A DNA stretch of 64,000 bases. Origin: Clostridia bacterium. Its GTDB lineage: Bacteria; Bacillota; Clostridia; RUG12999. The stretch lies in NCBI GenBank assembly GCA_045633565.1, contig JAZQYO010000030.1:26075-90074 (forward strand), written 5' to 3'. The position numbers were made by a program, and so were the translations under genes. Position 1 is the first letter of the stretch; every line of letters begins with the position of its first letter. The notes beneath the pieces were generated by a model, which saw nothing but the letters and a program-made list of their open reading frames with translations, searched no databases and was not told where the DNA came from. This document shows positions 1-10,684 of the stretch, piece by piece.

Positions 1-1
1 T

Positions 2-1894
2 CGCCTTGCGATAGAAAACGCCAAAACTCTGCAGGAAACAGAGGATATTTACCGTCCTTTCAGACCTAAACGCAGAACAAGAGCAACCATTGCCAAGGAA
101 AAAGGACTTGAGCCTCTTGCGCTTTTGATTTCTGCCGGTGCATCTAAGGATGAGGTAGACAAAAAAGCTGCTGAGTTTATTGATGCGGAAAAGGGTGTTG
201 AATCGGCTGAGGATGCAGTTTCCGGTGCGATGGACATTGTTGCCGAGCAGATTTCGGACAATGCCGAATACAGGAAAAGAATCCGTAATTTAACGACAAT
301 GAACGGTATGGTTACCTCTAAGCAAAACACCGAGGAAGATACTGTTTACAGTCAGTACTATGATTTTTCCCAGCCGGCAAATAAAATTGCAAACCACAGA
401 GTTCTTGCGATAGACCGTGGCGAAAAAGAGGGTGCGCTGATTGTCAAAATTGAGCTTGACACAGATGCGATGAAGGAAAAACTCGCCCGTATGGTTATGC
501 CGGACGGGGAAACTGAATATATGAGAATGGCGTCTGACGATGCTTATGACAGACTGATTGCACCGTCCATTGAAAATGAGGTAAGAGGAAACTTAACGGA
601 AGAGGCGCAGGAAAAGGCGATAGAGCTTTTCTCCAAAAATCTTCGTCAGCTTCTGCTTCAGCCACCAATTAAAGGAAAGACGGTTTTAGGCTTTGACCCG
701 GGTTACAGGACAGGTTGTAAAACAGCGGTTGTTGACCCGACGGGCAAGGTGCTTGACACTGAAATAATTTTCTGCACTCTTGAGCATCACGACCTTGAAA
801 AAGCAAAAAAATCAACACTCAGACTTATTGAAAAATATAATGTTGACCTTGTTGCAATAGGTAACGGAACTGCATCTAAAGAAACAGAAATTTTCATTGC
901 CGGACTCATAAAAGAATCGGGCAAAAAAGTGCAGTATCTGATGGTCAGTGAAGCGGGAGCGTCGGTATATTCGGCGTCCGAGCTTGCAGCTGCAGAATTT
1001 CCGGACTTTGACGTGGCGCAAAGGAGTGCTGTTTCCATTGCAAGAAGAACCGAAGACCCGCTTGCCGAGCTTGTTAAAATTGACCCGAAATCAATTGGTG
1101 TGGGGCAGTATCAGCATGACATGAACCAGAAAAGACTGGGAGAGGCTTTAGGTGGCGTTGTTGAGGACTGCGTAAACAGTGTCGGCGTTGATGTAAATAC
1201 GGCGTCTGCAAGGCTATTATCCTTTGTTGCCGGAATCAATAAAACGGTTGCGGATAACATTGTGAAATACCGTGAAGAAAATGGTGCGTTTGAAAACAGA
1301 AATCAGATTAAAAAGGTTAATAAACTGGGCGCAAAAGCCTTTGAGCAATGTGCCGGATTTATGAGGATTCCAGACGGTAAAAATGTGCTTGACAACACGG
1401 CGGTTCACCCCGAATCCTATAAACTTGCAGAGAAAATTTTGAGCCTTTGCGGGTATGCTCTTTCGGACGTAAAAGAAAACAAACTAACCGACCTTAAAAA
1501 GAAGAGTGAGGAAATAAATCTTAAAGAAACGGCAGAACAGTTCGGAGTTGGTATGGAAACTGTAAACGACATTATTTCAGAGCTTTTAAAACCGGGACGT
1601 GACCCTCGTGAAGAGCTTGATGCACCGGTGCTTCGCTCTGATATAATGAGCATAGAAAACTTAAAGCCGGGCATGATTCTGACGGGTACTGTTCGCAACA
1701 TAACCGACTTCGGAGCTTTTGTTGACATAGGTGTTCACCAGGATGGTCTTGTGCATATATCACAAATTTGTGATAAATTTATCAAACATCCTATTGAATA
1801 TTTGTCCGTGGGCGATGTCCGCAAGGTAAAAATTGTGGATATTGACATAAAACGAGGTCGGATTTCGCTCTCAATGAGGAATATTGACGATTGA
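2..1894 (+). CDS. tex: Tex family RNA-binding transcriptional accessory protein (5' end lies upstream of the window)
   Basis: Frame is open from base 2 (RLAIENAKTLQETEDIYRPFRPKRRTRATIAKEKGLEP); YqgF-like GFDPGYRTGCK, SEAGASVYSAS, IGVGQYQHD, HhH region and C-terminal S1 domain (GTVRNITDFGAFVDIGVHQDGLVHIS). Confidence 0.95.
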   Translation, partial: RLAIENAKTLQETEDIYRPFRPKRRTRATIAKEKGLEPLALLISAGASKDEVDKKAAEFIDAEKGVESAEDAVSGAMDIVAEQISDNAEYRKRIRNLTTMNGMVTSKQNTEEDTVYSQYYDFSQPANKIANHRVLAIDRGEKEGALIVKIELDTDAMKEKLARMVMPDGETEYMRMASDDAYDRLIAPSIENEVRGNLTEEAQEKAIELFSKNLRQLLLQPPIKGKTVLGFDPGYRTGCKTAVVDPTGKVLDTEIIFCTLEHHDLEKAKKSTLRLIEKYNVDLVAIGNGTASKETEIFIAGLIKESGKKVQYLMVSEAGASVYSASELAAAEFPDFDVAQRSAVSIARRTEDPLAELVKIDPKSIGVGQYQHDMNQKRLGEALGGVVEDCVNSVGVDVNTASARLLSFVAGINKTVADNIVKYREENGAFENRNQIKKVNKLGAKAFEQCAGFMRIPDGKNVLDNTAVHPESYKLAEKILSLCGYALSDVKENKLTDLKKKSEEINLKETAEQFGVGMETVNDIISELLKPGRDPREELDAPVLRSDIMSIENLKPGMILTGTVRNITDFGAFVDIGVHQDGLVHISQICDKFIKHPIEYLSVGDVRKVKIVDIDIKRGRISLSMRNIDD

Positions 1895-2020
1895 TTATGC
1901 AAACTTAACAATTTAGGGCGGCGTATTTCGAACAATTTTACCATTGAAAAAAAGATATTTAGTGGTAAAATATATTATAGATGATTTTGTATAATCATGG
2001 TATAAGGAGGAAATTTTAAG

Positions 2021-3130
2021 ATGGCAAGTTTGGAACTTAAGGGTATACACAAGATATATCCGGGCGGCGTAGAAGCCGTAAAAGACTTTAATATGGAAAT
2101 TGCCGATAAGGACTTTATCATACTTCTCGGACCTTCCGGATGCGGTAAGACAACAACTCTCCGTATGATCGCAGGTCTTGAAGAAATATCAATGGGTGAA
2201 CTTTACATCGGTGACAAACTGGTTAACGATGTAACCGCTAAGGACAGAGATATAGCAATGGTTTTCCAGAACTATGCTCTTTATCCGCACATGACAGTTT
2301 ATGACAACATGGCTTTCGGTCTCAAACTCAGAAAAATTCCTAAGGAAGAAATTGACAGACGAGTTGAAGAAGCTGCTGAAATCCTTGATATCAAACACCT
2401 GCTTGACAGAAAGCCGAAGGCTCTCTCCGGCGGTCAGCGTCAGCGTGTTGCTCTCGGCCGTGCAATCGTTCGTGAACCTAAGGTATTCCTTATGGACGAA
2501 CCTCTTTCAAACCTTGATGCTAAGCTCAGAGCTCAGATGAGAACAGAAATTAACAAACTTCACAAACGTCTTGATACAACATTCATTTACGTTACTCATG
2601 ACCAGACAGAAGCTATGACAATGGGTACAAGAATTGTTTGTATGAAGGACGGCGTTGTTCAGCAGATTGCTGAGCCTCAGGAACTCTATGAAAATCCTGT
2701 TAACATGTTCGTTGCAGGCTTCATCGGCAGCCCTCAGATGAACTTTGTTAATGCTACACTTGAAAAGAAACAGGACGGATACTATATCTCATTCGGCGGA
2801 GCTTCGCTCAAACTTCCGGAAGGTAAATCAAAAATTCTTGAAGAAAAAGGCATTGAAACAAAGGATGTTGTTTTCGGTATCAGACCTGAAAACGTTCATG
2901 ATGAACCTGTTTATCTTGAAACATATAAAGACAGCACACTTACAGCTGAAGTTTCTGTTACAGAAGCAATGGGTGCTGAAACATTCCTCTACCTCAAAAT
3001 TGAAGGTAGTGACTTTATTGCAAGAGTTAATCCCCGTACAAAAGCTAAACACGGTGATACAATCACAGTTGCATTTGAACTTGAAAAAATGCATATCTTC
3101 GATAAAGAAACAGAAGAAACAATCATTTAA
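2021..3130 (+). CDS. msmX: Sugar ABC transporter ATP-binding subunit (MsmX/MalK/UgpC family), stand-alone
   Basis: Walker A GPSGCGKT, LSGGQRQR signature, DEPLSNLD, FVAGFIGSP, C-terminal TOBE/OB region; AAGGAGG RBS. Confidence 0.9.
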   Translation: MASLELKGIHKIYPGGVEAVKDFNMEIADKDFIILLGPSGCGKTTTLRMIAGLEEISMGELYIGDKLVNDVTAKDRDIAMVFQNYALYPHMTVYDNMAFGLKLRKIPKEEIDRRVEEAAEILDIKHLLDRKPKALSGGQRQRVALGRAIVREPKVFLMDEPLSNLDAKLRAQMRTEINKLHKRLDTTFIYVTHDQTEAMTMGTRIVCMKDGVVQQIAEPQELYENPVNMFVAGFIGSPQMNFVNATLEKKQDGYYISFGGASLKLPEGKSKILEEKGIETKDVVFGIRPENVHDEPVYLETYKDSTLTAEVSVTEAMGAETFLYLKIEGSDFIARVNPRTKAKHGDTITVAFELEKMHIFDKETEETII

Positions 3131-3142
3131 GATAAATGCGTT

Positions 3143-3170
3143 AAAAGCCGCTCGACCGAGCGGCTTTTTT
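3143..3170 (+). terminator. Intrinsic terminator of msmX
   Basis: AAAAGCCGCTCG-AC-CGAGCGGCTTTTTT hairpin with U-tract. Confidence 0.85.
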
Positions 3171-3174
3171 GTAT

Positions 3175-3210
3175 AAAAAACTCCCAACGGCAATCACCGT
3201 TGGGAGTTTT
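3175..3210 (-). terminator. Intrinsic terminator of the GH39-like gene
   Basis: AAAAAACTCCCAACGG-CAATCA-CCGTTGGGAGTTTT; U-tract on the minus strand. Confidence 0.8.
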
Positions 3211-3215
3211 AAGTA

Positions 3216-4562
3216 TTAATAATTTTTGAACAGAATTACATCGTCAGCTTTCATGGTGAATTCTGACGGATTTATTTCAACAGGGTCAAGTTCTTTTTCG
3301 GCGTCAATAAGATAAGCCTTCATATCGGCGGGGAGGTTAGTTTGAATAACCTGTTCTTTTTCCGAAATGTTGGTAATCAGAAATGCCTTTTTGTTTCCGT
3401 CAGTTGCTGCCTGAGCAAAAACATTGCCTGCTTCATCATATTCCGGTTTAACGTGTCCGCCTAATCTGTAGAGCTCATTATACGCTTTGAGTGAATAGAA
3501 AAGAGGGAACGGCTTTATTTCCGGATAGGGACAGAAAAGAGCACCATAGTTGCCTAATGTAATCGCACCATCGTAGATGCAGAGCATGCTTGTGGAAGAA
3601 TCCTGCATCAGGCACATTGTAGCCGCACAACGGGATGCTGCCATAACAGTACCCCTGAAATCTGTTGTCGGAGCAACACTCCATTCGTTAAGATGGTTTT
3701 CAATATGTGAAAAACCATATTTTGCAAGTATTTTGTCAACAACCATTGAGCAGTATTTTATTTCCATAGGAGTAGTACCGTAAGAGTGCCAGGGGAAAAA
3801 GTCGATGGGCGCGCCGTTTTTGCTTATGTAATCAAAGAAATCTTCACAGAACTCAAGCATGTGCAGGCCATTTTCAGACATATAAGTGTCGTTTTGCTTG
3901 GGTTCAATGTCAAGACCATATTTCTCGGGTATTGAAAGAGCATAACCAAATCCGCTTGAACCATATCCGCCAACCTTTATGCTGTCTCCGAACACAGATT
4001 TAAGATGTTTTGCGACAATGCTGTAAAACTCGAAAAACTGCTGGTCGGTTCCCTTCCACAAATGGTTGGTTTCGGTGGTAGGGCCATTATCCGGCTCGTT
4101 CCAGATTTCCCAATACTGAATATTGTAATGGAAACCGCTTGCCCAACCTTCGTTATAGTGGCGAATTATATGCTCGCAAATTCTTGCCCATTTTGCAAAA
4201 TCCTTAGGTGGAAATATTCTGTATGCCTTTATGGATGAGAAATTTTCTATTGTTTCACCAAGTCTGAAATAAGGTTCACATCCGTTTTCCATGAGTGCGG
4301 CCAAAAGGATATCTGTAAATGTGAAATCATAGCTTTCCGGATTTGTTTCATCTGCATCAAAATCACGGAAAATGTTATGAATATCAACCCACAGATTTCC
4401 GCCGAACCAACCGCCTACATCGTGCAGTCTGGCATAAGGAAGACCGGCTTCCTTGAGATAGTGAAAATGTGCGGTACTTATTCCTCTGAGCGGTGGCTGA
4501 CCAATGCCGTGCATGGGGTTGATTTTACCGGATGTTTTGCTGAAATCTACTGAAAAATTCAT
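3216..4562 (-). CDS. Glycoside hydrolase, GH39-like (clan GH-A; beta-xylosidase-like), cytoplasmic
   Basis: RLHD, WEIWNEPD (acid/base), IKVGG, DFFPWHSY, HLNEW (nucleophile); no signal peptide. Confidence 0.8.
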   Translation of the reverse strand: MNFSVDFSKTSGKINPMHGIGQPPLRGISTAHFHYLKEAGLPYARLHDVGGWFGGNLWVDIHNIFRDFDADETNPESYDFTFTDILLAALMENGCEPYFRLGETIENFSSIKAYRIFPPKDFAKWARICEHIIRHYNEGWASGFHYNIQYWEIWNEPDNGPTTETNHLWKGTDQQFFEFYSIVAKHLKSVFGDSIKVGGYGSSGFGYALSIPEKYGLDIEPKQNDTYMSENGLHMLEFCEDFFDYISKNGAPIDFFPWHSYGTTPMEIKYCSMVVDKILAKYGFSHIENHLNEWSVAPTTDFRGTVMAASRCAATMCLMQDSSTSMLCIYDGAITLGNYGALFCPYPEIKPFPLFYSLKAYNELYRLGGHVKPEYDEAGNVFAQAATDGNKKAFLITNISEKEQVIQTNLPADMKAYLIDAEKELDPVEINPSEFTMKADDVILFKNY

Positions 4563-4595
4563 AATTTAATCCTCCTGGATTTTTGTTTTTATATC

Positions 4596-4624
4596 ATTGT
4601 ATCTCAGGATGGTTAAAAAGTCAA
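4596..4624 (-). promoter_or_regulatory. Putative sigma-A promoter of the GH39-like gene
   Basis: Minus strand TTGACT-N17-TACAAT. Confidence 0.55.
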
Positions 4625-4760
4625 TAGAATGGTCAACGAATTTAATTCGTAAACAGTTGCCGGCATATTTTTGATTAAATTAAAAAAACTGTTGCAAATT
4701 GAGAGGAAATGTTATATAATATAATAAATATGTACTCTTTTAACTAAGGAGAAGATAAAA

Positions 4761-5813
4761 GTGCTTAAATATTTCAACTTTTTAAAGAAAATCAGCTTCA
4801 ATTACATACAGGAGGTTGGCATAGACCTTGGTACTTCTTCGGTACTGGTGTATGTTAAAGGCGAAGGCATTGTCCTGCGCGAGCCATCTGTCGTTGCTGT
4901 TAACCGTCTTACAAAAGAGCCTCTTGCGGTAGGACTTCAGGCTCAGCGTATGCTGGGAAGAACTCCGGGTAATATTATAGCTGTAAGACCGCTTAGTGAC
5001 GGTGTTATTTCCGATTATGACTATACAGCAAAAATGCTTAAGGAATTTTTAAAGGTTGCCTGCAAACAGCGTCTTATCGGACCTAAGGTTATCGTTTGTG
5101 TGCCAAGCGGTGTTACCGAGGTTGAAAAACGTGCCGTAATAGATGCGACAGTTGCAGCAGGTGCTTCAAAGGTTAAAATTATAGAAGAACCCATTGCGGC
5201 TGCAATCGGTGCAGGTATTGATATTACTCAGCCATGTGGTAACATGGTTGTTGATATCGGTGGCGGAACAACAGACATTGCCGTAATTTCTCTTGATGGT
5301 ATTGTTGAACAAGATTCAATTAAGGTAGCGGGCGATAAATTTGACGAAGCTATCATGAAATATATCCGTAAAAAGCATAATATGCTTATTGGCGAAAGAA
5401 TGGCGGAAGAACTGAAAATCCATATTGGTTGCGTTGTTCCCCGTGAAGAAGAGCTTAACTGGGAAATCAGAGGCAGATGCCTTGTCACGGGTCTGCCCAA
5501 AACTATTATTATCAACTCCACAGAGGTTGCCGAGGCACTTGTTGAGACTGCTATAATGATTGCAGATGCAGTGCACGGTGTACTTGAAAGAACACCGCCT
5601 GAGCTTGTTGGCGACATCAGCCAGAACGGCATAGTGCTTACAGGTGGAGGAGGACTTATGTGGGGACTCGACCTGCTTCTTGAAAAGCGCACTGGCATAA
5701 ATGTCAAGGTCGCTGATGATGCAATTTCCTGCGTTGCAGTTGGTACAGGAAAAGCGCTCGAGTATATTAACAAGATTCAGGATGAAACCGTAAAGAAAAA
5801 ATTAATTTACTGA
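4761..5813 (+). CDS. mreB: Rod-shape-determining actin homologue (MreB/Mbl family)
   Basis: GIDLGT, EPSVVA, RPLSDGVI, IEEPIAAAIGAG, VDIGGGTTD, LTGGG; no mreCD follows, so it may be the Mbl paralogue. Confidence 0.9.
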   Translation: MLKYFNFLKKISFNYIQEVGIDLGTSSVLVYVKGEGIVLREPSVVAVNRLTKEPLAVGLQAQRMLGRTPGNIIAVRPLSDGVISDYDYTAKMLKEFLKVACKQRLIGPKVIVCVPSGVTEVEKRAVIDATVAAGASKVKIIEEPIAAAIGAGIDITQPCGNMVVDIGGGTTDIAVISLDGIVEQDSIKVAGDKFDEAIMKYIRKKHNMLIGERMAEELKIHIGCVVPREEELNWEIRGRCLVTGLPKTIIINSTEVAEALVETAIMIADAVHGVLERTPPELVGDISQNGIVLTGGGGLMWGLDLLLEKRTGINVKVADDAISCVAVGTGKALEYINKIQDETVKKKLIY

Positions 5814-5863
5814 TTTTAAAGGCGGTTGATTTCAACCGCCTGATTTAGTAAAGGAGAAAATCT

Positions 5864-7669
5864 ATGGCGTATAATCAGGATAAAATACGTAATTTTTGTA
5901 TAATTGCACATATAGACCATGGTAAATCCACCCTTGCGGACAGACTGCTTGAGCATACAGGTGCGGTTGAGCAGAGGGAGATGGAAGAACAGCTTTTAGA
6001 CAATATGGACCTTGAAAAAGAGCGTGGTATTACTATAAAGGCACGTGCAGTTAAAATGTCCTACACGGCAAAGGATGGAGAGGAGTATATCCTCAACCTG
6101 ATTGACACTCCGGGACATGTTGACTTTAACTACGAGGTTTCACGAAGCCTTGCTGCTTGTGAAGGTGCGATATTAATTGTTGATGCGGCACAGGGAATTG
6201 AAGCACAGACCCTTGCAAACACCTACCTTGCAGTTGAGCATGACCTTGAAATTTTGCCGGTTATAAATAAAATTGACCTGCCTTCGGCACGTCCGGATTT
6301 TGTAATTAATCAGATTGAAGATGAAATAGGGATTCCGGCAGAGGATGCACCGCAGATATCTGCCAAAAACGGCATAAACATTCCCGAAGTTTTAGAGCAG
6401 ATAGTAGCTAAAATTCCTGCGCCCAAAGGCGATGCCGATAAACCGCTCAAAGCATTGATTTTTGACTCTTACTATGACAGCTACAAAGGCGTTATAGTTT
6501 ATATGCGCATATTCGAGGGCAAAGTTAAACCCGGTATGAAAATAAAAATGATGGCTAACGGGGCGACTTTTGATGTTGTTGAAACAGGTGTGATGACTCC
6601 CTTTGGCCTTAAATCGACCGACGGACTTTCTGCCGGTGATGTTGGATATCTTGCGGCAAGTATTAAAAACGTTAAAGATACTGCAGTTGGTGACACCGTT
6701 ACAGAAGCGTCAAGACCTACCGAAAAACCGCTTGAAGGTTACCGCAAGGCGGTACCTATGGTGTTCTGCGGCATTTATCCGGTTGACGGTTCAAAATACC
6801 CCGACCTTCGTGATGCACTTGAAAAGCTGCAGCTTAATGACGCATCGCTGACGTTTGACCCGGAAACCTCGGTGGCACTCGGTTTTGGTTTCAGATGCGG
6901 ATTTTTGGGACTGCTGCACATGGAAATCATTCAGGAGAGACTTGAGAGAGAATACAATCTTGACCTTATAACCACAGCACCCAGCGTTATCTATAAAATC
7001 AACCTTACAAACGGTGAAAGTATATGGCTTGACAACCCGACCAATATGCCTCCGGCAGCAAATATTGATTCCATGGAAGAGCCTTTTGTAAGAGCGTCCA
7101 TAATTACTCCGTCCGAATTTGTCGGAAATATTATGGAGCTTTGTCAGGACCGCCGTGGCGTGTATAAGGATATGAAATATATTGACGGTGACAGGGCAGT
7201 TATAAACTACGAGTTGCCACTTAATGAGATAATTTACGATTTCTTTGATGCTTTAAAATCACGCACAAAGGGGTTTGCATCCTTTGATTATGAGATGAAG
7301 GAGTATGTAAAATCCAAACTTATTAAGCTTGACATACTGTTAAACGGCGAAGTGGTGGATGCACTTTCGTTTATTGTACACGAGGAAAAGGCTTACGCCA
7401 GAGGCAGAAGAATTGCCGAAAAGCTCAAAGAAAATATTCCGCGTCAGTTGTTTGAAATACCCATTCAGGCAGCAATTGGCGGAAAGGTAATTGCAAGGGA
7501 AACGGTTAAAGCTATGCGTAAGGACGTCCTTGCAAAATGTTACGGTGGTGACATTACACGTAAGAAAAAATTGCTTGAAAAACAGAAAGAGGGCAAAAAA
7601 CGTATGCGTCAGGTGGGAACGGTTTCCATTCCTCAGGAGGCGTTTATGTCCGTCCTCAAGCTTGACTGA
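5864..7669 (+). CDS. lepA: Translation elongation factor 4 (LepA)
   Basis: [65 protein letters not shown]. Confidence 0.98.
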   Translation: MAYNQDKIRNFCIIAHIDHGKSTLADRLLEHTGAVEQREMEEQLLDNMDLEKERGITIKARAVKMSYTAKDGEEYILNLIDTPGHVDFNYEVSRSLAACEGAILIVDAAQGIEAQTLANTYLAVEHDLEILPVINKIDLPSARPDFVINQIEDEIGIPAEDAPQISAKNGINIPEVLEQIVAKIPAPKGDADKPLKALIFDSYYDSYKGVIVYMRIFEGKVKPGMKIKMMANGATFDVVETGVMTPFGLKSTDGLSAGDVGYLAASIKNVKDTAVGDTVTEASRPTEKPLEGYRKAVPMVFCGIYPVDGSKYPDLRDALEKLQLNDASLTFDPETSVALGFGFRCGFLGLLHMEIIQERLEREYNLDLITTAPSVIYKINLTNGESIWLDNPTNMPPAANIDSMEEPFVRASIITPSEFVGNIMELCQDRRGVYKDMKYIDGDRAVINYELPLNEIIYDFFDALKSRTKGFASFDYEMKEYVKSKLIKLDILLNGEVVDALSFIVHEEKAYARGRRIAEKLKENIPRQLFEIPIQAAIGGKVIARETVKAMRKDVLAKCYGGDITRKKKLLEKQKEGKKRMRQVGTVSIPQEAFMSVLKLD

Positions 7670-7670
7670 T

Positions 7671-8732
7671 ATGAGAGGGCTTTATATTCACATTCCTTTC
7701 TGCGTACGCAAATGTCCATACTGCGACTTTAATTCTTATGCAGGAAAGCTTTCCCTTGCGGGAAGTTATGTGGACAGACTGCAAAAAGAAGCGGAAGAAT
7801 TTAAAGATACACCAATTGATACCATATATTTTGGAGGAGGAACGCCCTCCCTTTTGCCGGAAGAACTCATAGAAGGGCTGATGGACCATATTTTCAGAAC
7901 TTTTAAAGTGGACAAAGATTCTGAAATCACAATAGAAGTTAACCCCGGCACAGTGGATTTTGACAAACTTAAAACCTATAGAAAGTCGGGAATAAACAGG
8001 CTTAGTGTGGGGGTCCAGTCATTTAATGATGATATGCTGAAAATCCTTGGCAGACTGCACGACTCGGCTCAGGCTCAGGATATAATAAAAGCAGGATTTG
8101 ATGCTGGATTTGAAAATGTTTCTGCCGACCTTATGTTTTCCTACAGGGGGCAGACGGAGGAAATCTGGGCAAGTGACCTTGAAAAGGTAAAGGGGCTTGG
8201 AATTCCGCACGTTTCCTGCTATGGTCTGAAGGTTGAAGAAGGTACACCCTTTCACATTTGGGGTATGAAAAACCTTGATGAGGATACAGACAGGTGTCTG
8301 CAGCAATACACCACTCAGTTCCTGAAAAACAGCGGATTTGAGAGGTATGAAATATCAAACTTTGCAAAACCCGGCTTTAAAAGCAGACACAATCTTCATT
8401 ACTGGCATTGTGACGAATATGTCGGACTTGGTGCGGGAGCACATTCCTATATGTTCGGCAGGAGATATAACAATATTTTATCGCCTGAAGAATACATAGC
8501 GTCAGAAAATGTGAAAGAAAATGTGATTACCCTTTCAGAAGATGATAAGAAAACTGAAAAACTAATTATGGGAATGAGACTTAGCGAGGGCGTAAGCGAA
8601 GAATTTGCAAAAAATAAAGAGGCATTGGAAAAGTATATAAAACTGGGTTATATACTAAAGAAAAACGGAATAATTTCCTTTACAGACAAGGGATTTGATG
8701 TTTCGAATTATATACTTTCCGATATCATATAA
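7671..8732 (+). CDS. hemW: Radical SAM heme chaperone HemW (HemN-like)
   Basis: LYIHIPFCVRKCPYCDF (CxxxCxxC), YFGGGTPS, YEISNFA, HNLHYW; true ATG at 7671 directly after the lepA stop (the ORF-track start at 7491 is an upstream extension); conserved lepA-hemW order. Confidence 0.92.
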   Translation: MRGLYIHIPFCVRKCPYCDFNSYAGKLSLAGSYVDRLQKEAEEFKDTPIDTIYFGGGTPSLLPEELIEGLMDHIFRTFKVDKDSEITIEVNPGTVDFDKLKTYRKSGINRLSVGVQSFNDDMLKILGRLHDSAQAQDIIKAGFDAGFENVSADLMFSYRGQTEEIWASDLEKVKGLGIPHVSCYGLKVEEGTPFHIWGMKNLDEDTDRCLQQYTTQFLKNSGFERYEISNFAKPGFKSRHNLHYWHCDEYVGLGAGAHSYMFGRRYNNILSPEEYIASENVKENVITLSEDDKKTEKLIMGMRLSEGVSEEFAKNKEALEKYIKLGYILKKNGIISFTDKGFDVSNYILSDII

Positions 8733-8762
8733 TTAAAAATAATAAATCTTCGGAGGAAAGAC

Positions 8763-10109
8763 ATGAATAAAATTACAGTTGACGTAAAAAGAGCAGTAAC
8801 ATGTGAAGAACTTAAGAAAAGTGCATATCTTGTTGAGGCAGCACATGAAGTGCTTGACTCACGCACAGGTGCGGGAAATGACTTTCTCGGCTGGCTTGAT
8901 TTGCCTGTGAATTACGATAAAGATGAGTATGCAAGACTTAAGGTCGCAGCAGAAAAAATCAGGGGTAATTCTGAAGTTCTTGTTGTTATCGGCATCGGAG
9001 GTTCGTATCTTGGTGCAAGAGCTGCAATTGAGGCGCTTGCAGGCAATTTCTATAACTTAAATGCAGGAAAAAAAGGAATGCCTCAGATTATTTTTGCCGG
9101 CAACTCAATCAGCTCCAGCTATCTTGCGGAACTTGTGGAATACTTAAAGGACAAGGATTTTGCACTTAATGTAATTTCAAAATCTGGAACAACTACTGAA
9201 CCGGCAATTGCATTCAGGGTGCTTAAAGAACTTATGGAAACAAAATATTCTGCTGATGAGGTAAAGAGCAGAATTTACATTACTACCGACAAAAAAAGAG
9301 GAGCACTCAAAGGCATGGCAGATAGCGAGGGCATCGAAACCTTTGTTGTACCTGATGATGTAGGTGGCCGTTACAGTGTACTTACAGCTGTTGGTCTGCT
9401 GCCCATTATGACGGCGGGAATTGATACCGATAGTATGATGAAGGGTGCGCAGGATGCAAGAGAAGCTTACAAGGCTCCAGGCGAGGATAATGACTGCTAC
9501 ACTTATGCAGCAGCACGAAACATCCTTTATTCAAAAGGCAAAACGGTTGAAATTATGGCAAACTATGAGCCCAGTCTGCACTTTATGTCTGAATGGTTCA
9601 AGCAGCTTTACGGCGAAAGTGAGGGTAAAGACGGCAAAGGTATTTTCCCTGCAGGGGTTGATTTTTCAACTGATCTTCACTCTATGGGACAGTACATCCA
9701 GCAGGGCAGAAGAATGATGTTTGAAACCGTACTTAATGTTGGAAAACCGCAGTTTGACATAGAAATTCACGAGGCTGAAGGCAATGTTGACGGACTTAAT
9801 TTCTTAACAGGCACAACAGTAGATGCTGTTAACAAAAAAGCCTTCCTGGGAACACTTGCAGCTCATACCGATGGTGGAGTGCCCAACATCATAATAAATA
9901 TTCCGGAAATGAATGCTTATTATTTCGGACAGCTTGTATATTTCTTTGAAAAAGCGTGCGGACTCAGCGGATATATGTTGGGCGTAAACCCGTTTGACCA
10001 GCCGGGTGTTGAAGATTACAAGAGAAATATGTTTGCGCTACTGGGTAAACCGGGCTCTGACAGCGAGTACAAAAAGAACCTTGAGAAAAAACTTAGCGAT
10101 TTAATGTAA
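8763..10109 (+). CDS. pgi: Glucose-6-phosphate isomerase
   Basis: [54 protein letters not shown]. Confidence 0.96.
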   Translation: MNKITVDVKRAVTCEELKKSAYLVEAAHEVLDSRTGAGNDFLGWLDLPVNYDKDEYARLKVAAEKIRGNSEVLVVIGIGGSYLGARAAIEALAGNFYNLNAGKKGMPQIIFAGNSISSSYLAELVEYLKDKDFALNVISKSGTTTEPAIAFRVLKELMETKYSADEVKSRIYITTDKKRGALKGMADSEGIETFVVPDDVGGRYSVLTAVGLLPIMTAGIDTDSMMKGAQDAREAYKAPGEDNDCYTYAAARNILYSKGKTVEIMANYEPSLHFMSEWFKQLYGESEGKDGKGIFPAGVDFSTDLHSMGQYIQQGRRMMFETVLNVGKPQFDIEIHEAEGNVDGLNFLTGTTVDAVNKKAFLGTLAAHTDGGVPNIIINIPEMNAYYFGQLVYFFEKACGLSGYMLGVNPFDQPGVEDYKRNMFALLGKPGSDSEYKKNLEKKLSDLM

Positions 10110-10184
10110 AATTACTCTTGCAATTTATATTATTATATGGTAAAATATAAGTAGCTACAAAAATACAAAAAGGGGGCAGTTTTA

Positions 10185-10595
10185 ATGATTAAGTTTATAG
10201 TTGGGAAAAAAGGCACAGGTAAAACCAATAAGCTTATCGCAGAAGTTAATGAAGCAGTAAAGACCGATAAAGGTCATTTGGTATTTATAAATGATACAAG
10301 CAGACACATGTTTGATCTTGATTCTAAAGTAAGACTGGTAGATACACAGGAATATGCAATCAAAAATTATGATGCTCTTTACGGAATGATCTGCGGCATT
10401 TTATCTCAGGACTACGACATTTCCACAATTTTTGTTGACAGTGTTACAAAAATTGTTAAAGGCGGAGATATTAACGCAGCGGAAGATGTGTTTGCAGGTA
10501 TTGCTGATGTTTGTGAAAAACATGGCGTTGGCATGACAATTACTGCAAGTATTGACGAAAGCGAAGTTCCGGCGTACATGAAAAAATATCTTTAA
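10185..10595 (+). CDS. Small conserved P-loop protein of unknown function
   Basis: N-terminal GKKGTGKT (Walker A) and IFVD (Walker B-like); 136 aa; resembles a conserved clostridial hypothetical family. Confidence 0.7.
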   Translation: MIKFIVGKKGTGKTNKLIAEVNEAVKTDKGHLVFINDTSRHMFDLDSKVRLVDTQEYAIKNYDALYGMICGILSQDYDISTIFVDSVTKIVKGGDINAAEDVFAGIADVCEKHGVGMTITASIDESEVPAYMKKYL

Positions 10596-10636
10596 TGTAC
10601 ACTTGGAATCTTCTGCAGTAGTGCATAAGAAAATCG

Positions 10637-10667
10637 GGCTGCAGCACCAGGTGTTGCAGCCTTATTT
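10637..10667 (+). terminator. Terminator-like hairpin between the P-loop gene and thrC
   Basis: GGCTGCAGCAC-CAG-GTGTTGCAGCC followed by TTATTT. Confidence 0.6.
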
Positions 10668-10684
10668 AAATGAGTGAGGTTATA

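Noticed and set aside
5820-5841. Perfect hairpin between the mreB-like gene and lepA as a regulatory RNA
   Set aside because: Too short and without conserved motifs; most simply a weak terminator or stability stem
7491-7670. Apparent 60-aa N-terminal extension of hemW overlapping lepA (similar extensions on dusB, ispF, proS, hflX and the SLH gene)
   Set aside because: Downstream starts with RBSs match the family N-termini; the extensions are ORF-caller artefacts, not programmed overlaps
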